Assembly (NCBI GenBank): GCA_001662655.1
Contig: KV460209.1
Reading direction: 5' to 3' (one strand)
Length of the DNA stretch: 64,000 bases
Source: Pseudogymnoascus verrucosus
Lineage: Eukaryota
A program made the translations under genes and the position numbers. The notes under the pieces were generated by a model, which searched no databases, was not told the origin of the DNA, and saw only the letters and a list, made by a program, of their open reading frames with translations. The stretch's first letter is position 1. Each line of letters begins with the position of its first letter. Positions 61,701-64,000 of this stretch are shown piece by piece.

Positions 61701-63520
61701 TGACGACGCTGAAGACTTTGATTAGCAAGTTAGAGCCTAAGGATTTGATTACATTCCCGCAGCTATTTTGGACGGCGTGTGCGTGCTTGGATACTATTAA
61801 TGAGTTGGAGTTTATGGAGTCGTTGGGGATGTTGGATGAGCTACTTTTGAAGCTGGACTTGTCAGATGCCATGGTGGTGATGATGTTGTCCGAAGGCCAG
61901 CCGCCAAAATGGGACGGCAATTTTGAGGGTCTCCAGCCTCTTGTCTACAAGGGTCTTCGCTCGTCCTCGTGTCTGGATCAGACATTGGTGACTCTGAACA
62001 AGCTCGTCCAAATTCCAAGTGGGGATCTCGTTGGGAACGACAATAGACTTCTCTTTGCTATCTTAGCAAATTTCCCAAGCTTCCTACATTCAATGGATCA
62101 GGGCGTCATCGACCCCGCTATTGCGGCAAACGCGAGGATTTTAGCAGAGGTGGCGGATTCTCAAGCATGCGGCACGATTTCCGTGGCTCTGGGCAACTTC
62201 GCAGCATCTAGGTATCGAACAAGCAAGGATTTCCTGTCTCAGCTTATTGCTGCTCTTCGGGATAATTTCTTCCCGAGGTGGAGCTTCCAGGCGCTTAAGT
62301 TTCTGATGGGCTTCTTGACGAATAGCTTGCCTTGGTTCAAGGTTAATACGATGCGCATACTTTGCGTATTTATTCCAGAGATTGATATGCGCCTGCCAGA
62401 GATTGCCTCGCATGGTCCAGATATGATATCGCCATTACTGAGACTGCTCCAGACCGAGTTCTGCACACAAGCACTGGAAGTCCTCGATTGCATCATGACA
62501 ATGACAGGTACGCCAATGGACGACCACCATCTCCGAATGAGTATGGCCGGCGGAAGATCCTCAAAAGCAATCCGCAAAGAATACGAGCGAACCCAGAGTC
62601 TCTTCGGCATCCCCGAAGACTCCGGCTGGTCCATCCCCATGCCGGCCAAGCACGCCGAAACCACGCGCTCCAACGTCCACGCCGCCTTCTACATGTGCCA
62701 GAACGCCGAGAGTGCCGACCTCGAAGCCGCACCCAACGCAGACGTGGAATTCCACGTCGATGATTTCCAATACGGCTATTTCCCGCCCCAAGATCGCGCT
62801 GATACCATGATGTCCGATGAGGTCCGCACGGATGGCAATATCGGTGACCTTGTCAATAAACTCGATAGTCTGGATGATTTCTTCGAAGATACACTCCAGA
62901 GCCCCTCTAGCGACGGCCGTTCCTCGCGCACCGTCACTGAGTTTGGCGGGGAGTTCGAGTCGGGCGCTGAGTTATACGATGAGCAGACCCTGCCGATCCT
63001 AACCCAGTCACTCGGTCGCACATCGAGCACAACATCTTTCCAAAACGGATTCGCGGATATGCGCCCAGGACTAATGAGTCGCCAACCGAGTTTCAACTCC
63101 ATGAACCCCGGCGCATTCAGCAAGCAACCCACCTCCTCAAATCGTCGAAGCATGCACTCCCGCTCTGTGACCTCGCCCTCCGCGCCGTCCTCGCACCAGC
63201 CCGACTTCATGTCCGACGACGAGTACGCGGCTGAAGTGTTCTCGGACGGGGAAGAAGGGCGCGCGACGCCGGGGGAGGGGGGGTTCTTTCTGGAGAATAT
63301 GATTAGACCCCTCGCGCAGCAGACGAGGAGTGGGATGAGGAGGTTGACGGGGGGGAGGACGAGGGAGAGCGAGAGGTTGAGGGAGCAGGTTAGGATGGAG
63401 GCCAGGGGGATAACGGTCCCGAAGAGTCCGATGGTGCCGAAGGTGCCGAGGGAGTATTTGAGTCAGGCGAGGCAGGGGGGCCCGCAGGGGAAGGGGGCGG
63501 GGGGGGTGGAGGAGATTTAG
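55787..63520 (+). CDS. TAO3: Cell morphogenesis scaffold Tao3/Pag1/Mor2 (Furry family, RAM/MOR network); true start probably on a short upstream exon
   Basis: About 2570-aa frame with KPLIDTLMLWRK, AERRSTVSIYILCRVL, WATSCPVRHLACRSFQIFR, LFGIPEDSGWS. The ORF begins at TTG inside a branch/acceptor (GCTAAC..AAG at 55811); ATG-T|GTGAGT at 55558 or ATG 55736 could supply the start. Confidence 0.92.
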   Translation: MLTRICTEAPLLQPSPDRNPQETPKTAHRHAPNADAENWNGKGIPTLRAGGRPDGTNTPYSPSREPSPHKLPPLSGTGNPPTSDPYTLGNLSPRYIPSRSRAGSASVENSGELKLMPYGHHRQTSIVHGIQHSGNGSLGPLSPQIIAAAGSAAGDAPTMGRADNDVPPAFSIASPSSNLSFSASAASSTTNLVPERVSPGENSVNTHTQKRIERMHSGAGRREHGHHPSHSRHHYKEESKPVGEYALHVLFTSFIAQADEKIGQCITTPLEPEPQIERICGQSADPNFDQLISALGHIAAQKPKPLIDTLMLWRKKKSDAASAARNELQQYRNVTGAVGGGIARRNTEPGNPGPPADATAQPNLSLATMQNSVAQAERRSTVSIYILCRVLTEVIGQSTLARITPEMEEKLEGIIFSQLKIADTESLASSPLKLANWHLFSQLLGVMSNINFQSVTGRFIADLEKSQLDLEGRNQGNREIEGRMELVLGGMKHLRIKTYPEASWEQSCDFMVSLGRAFAKSHGQRVKYAYCQILDVMLLPIAAVAAGTELNVPKWSEVLVTIGQRLASMMAKPRHWPIAFPLTATLLCASPPETFNTQWLQLILPLQSKLKDRLTRASCLQVISRLLWTYVNRCTDPPNATYRKLEEVVRMVLPPGKKTHTMDPSIVDPLIEIIRIIGFKHQEFCFRTIIFPLINSDRFAPGKDVHSVRVDQLEPEKMVIGIRAFLAIMADLEKGESGRPPFPQSYQSNLHSERLPTSPILASPKRIPSQPLAKERAERLSRPVATSCLNDVAKDYYKRFCEILGKITIICDETFGGQAVLDEKFNSPTPKTPIVDSFNFSRRDDILSPVEQRHGYYELLHVAVQALPRCLSADIPFNSLINLLCTGTAHVQQRIADSSAQSIKSIARQSHAQQVTIGFARFIFSFDDKYSTMSDGGMLGPTHVENTLKLYVELLQIWIEEIKLRSKEAAGTGSDETGSEKRGAPLDVSGIWAHVEEVESHGLFFLCSQSKRVRSFAVTVLRLITEYDAALGQDNVRLIQILEGDSARVMSFNDEHLTVAERSRLQRGLKRSNSQSALVELCSSDVSYDTTLWFKIFPNLMKISYGRCPVVVTLGRELICDRILQMYKGITALSEARTPQHQYDGSGSRIGFRPSTTPPEVMVEQWKLYLIVACTTLTEMGGPQLQPATQMQQHLRNGSKTALVQPKINSARTLFKYILPLLSVGHPSVREAVVVALGSININIYKTLLEEFQDAVSRCNDDARARIHQRTGSSSRRSRRTDTLRTEVTQVYRLTAHFLREESVYSDDWILNNLVVYAKDLKLFLMDGEVQMDWEFQKLRRHYCGLMEELFEGINRTKDPSRWMTFEMRKSSFALMEDWCGYSPNQVQIQHREEIMKQSMIDRQTIGERPTINAAMEKEKNSLRTAALSAMAALCGGPISVTTESKANLQFDLRRMLLWIDAIFSTESDRMHVIGRRALKNLITHNKEYPYLLEHSISRCYTAEVPKALHSYFEVVTQVLLEHPDYPVPFWRTLGIGLYTLGSDQSEIRSKSTTVLRALEERQNRNSKIQDFDISISDKTKAVYKRAQFEISMRLAKHHSDSAFLIFSEFTVYFKSLKPMAQQNMVATILPWIQTIKLQVDPNGGPTAQSYVLLANLFEITIKSSSALHNEVQALWQALATGPHAGNVQIILDFNISLCLDRREQNFVEYAKQIVVFLSSTLAGVKVVEFLLMQITPKAMIPNEKRESPPTPPDTSAMPYVAELSEALPVGAKQAGFSLGQLSLILLVDLMVAPVHLLAESVPLLLQVVTVLWDHYTPLVQDQAREMLIHLIHELVISRIDDETTVPSKREIEDLIEAIRRHDSKIVWAYGDSNGKVDDRDNKVPTAMENLATQVVNTFEVTYPGIKEQWGKLSLTWATSCPVRHLACRSFQIFRCILTSLDQTMLADMLARLSNTIADEDAEIQTFSMEILTTLKTLISKLEPKDLITFPQLFWTACACLDTINELEFMESLGMLDELLLKLDLSDAMVVMMLSEGQPPKWDGNFEGLQPLVYKGLRSSSCLDQTLVTLNKLVQIPSGDLVGNDNRLLFAILANFPSFLHSMDQGVIDPAIAANARILAEVADSQACGTISVALGNFAASRYRTSKDFLSQLIAALRDNFFPRWSFQALKFLMGFLTNSLPWFKVNTMRILCVFIPEIDMRLPEIASHGPDMISPLLRLLQTEFCTQALEVLDCIMTMTGTPMDDHHLRMSMAGGRSSKAIRKEYERTQSLFGIPEDSGWSIPMPAKHAETTRSNVHAAFYMCQNAESADLEAAPNADVEFHVDDFQYGYFPPQDRADTMMSDEVRTDGNIGDLVNKLDSLDDFFEDTLQSPSSDGRSSRTVTEFGGEFESGAELYDEQTLPILTQSLGRTSSTTSFQNGFADMRPGLMSRQPSFNSMNPGAFSKQPTSSNRRSMHSRSVTSPSAPSSHQPDFMSDDEYAAEVFSDGEEGRATPGEGGFFLENMIRPLAQQTRSGMRRLTGGRTRESERLREQVRMEARGITVPKSPMVPKVPREYLSQARQGGPQGKGAGGVEEI

Positions 63521-64000
63521 AGGGGGGTTTAATTCGGGATTTAGGTGATGGGGTGCAATGTTTGGATAGGGATACCATTTTGATATAAGAGTTTTTTTTG
63601 GTGTGGTTTGATGGGTTGGATGGGCGTTTTTGGATGTTTGATGGTCTACGAACCAGTGGGGGATGTTTTGGTTTGAAGATTTATCTGGTAACAATAGATA
63701 TTCTGATATATATACCTGATCATCGTCGTGCTCTCCACTTTCTACTCCATGGTGTGTAATTTCCCTGCTGAGGCAATGCTTGCTTTCCTCCCCTACTGCT
63801 AGCCTCTGCTGTGAATATAATCTCGCCATCGGTGGAGCGCGCGTTATAGGCCATCGGAGCCACAAGGTCAAGCATAAGTAGGCTTTGCAGAAAGCTTCAT
63901 ATGCAGATCATTGATTTCTATCCAGATCACGCTACGATGCATCCTGGTGGCTAGGAGAGAGCTGGAGGGCGCCGGGGTGGGTTCTAGAGGCCATTTGAGG

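Overview
Gene-dense, intron-containing DNA from a filamentous ascomycete (short GT-AG introns with CTRAC/CTAAC branch sites; a Leotiomycete such as Pseudogymnoascus is my guess, not shown by the sequence). It holds about 23 protein-coding genes, mostly housekeeping: a PPR protein, PAN6, DBP7, ASA1, a Zn2Cys6 factor, an ECM4-type GST, an MFS transporter, a soluble ABC ATPase, UMP1, UBL3, UBA1, GCP4, PPX1, MLH1, a glycosyltransferase-like protein, RPN1, RIO2, an RRM protein, CPR and TAO3, plus three orphan genes. I saw no rRNA, tRNA, transposon or CRISPR. The most notable feature is an intergenic array at 18.8-19.5 kb. On the minus strand, downstream of a TATAAA box, lie three diverged ~140-nt two-hairpin RNA units with compensatory base changes and a 3' ACA tail (H/ACA-like), separated by 15-bp stems capped by AAGU tetraloops that resemble RNase III processing sites. 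Other items: an AUG-less, NLS-encoding N-terminal extension of UBA1; a cryptic mitochondrial presequence on the GST; a recent in-frame 123-bp duplication in PPX1; and a structured, stop-free, in-frame last intron in CPR. Exon boundaries were read by eye and family names come from motif recognition, not database searches.
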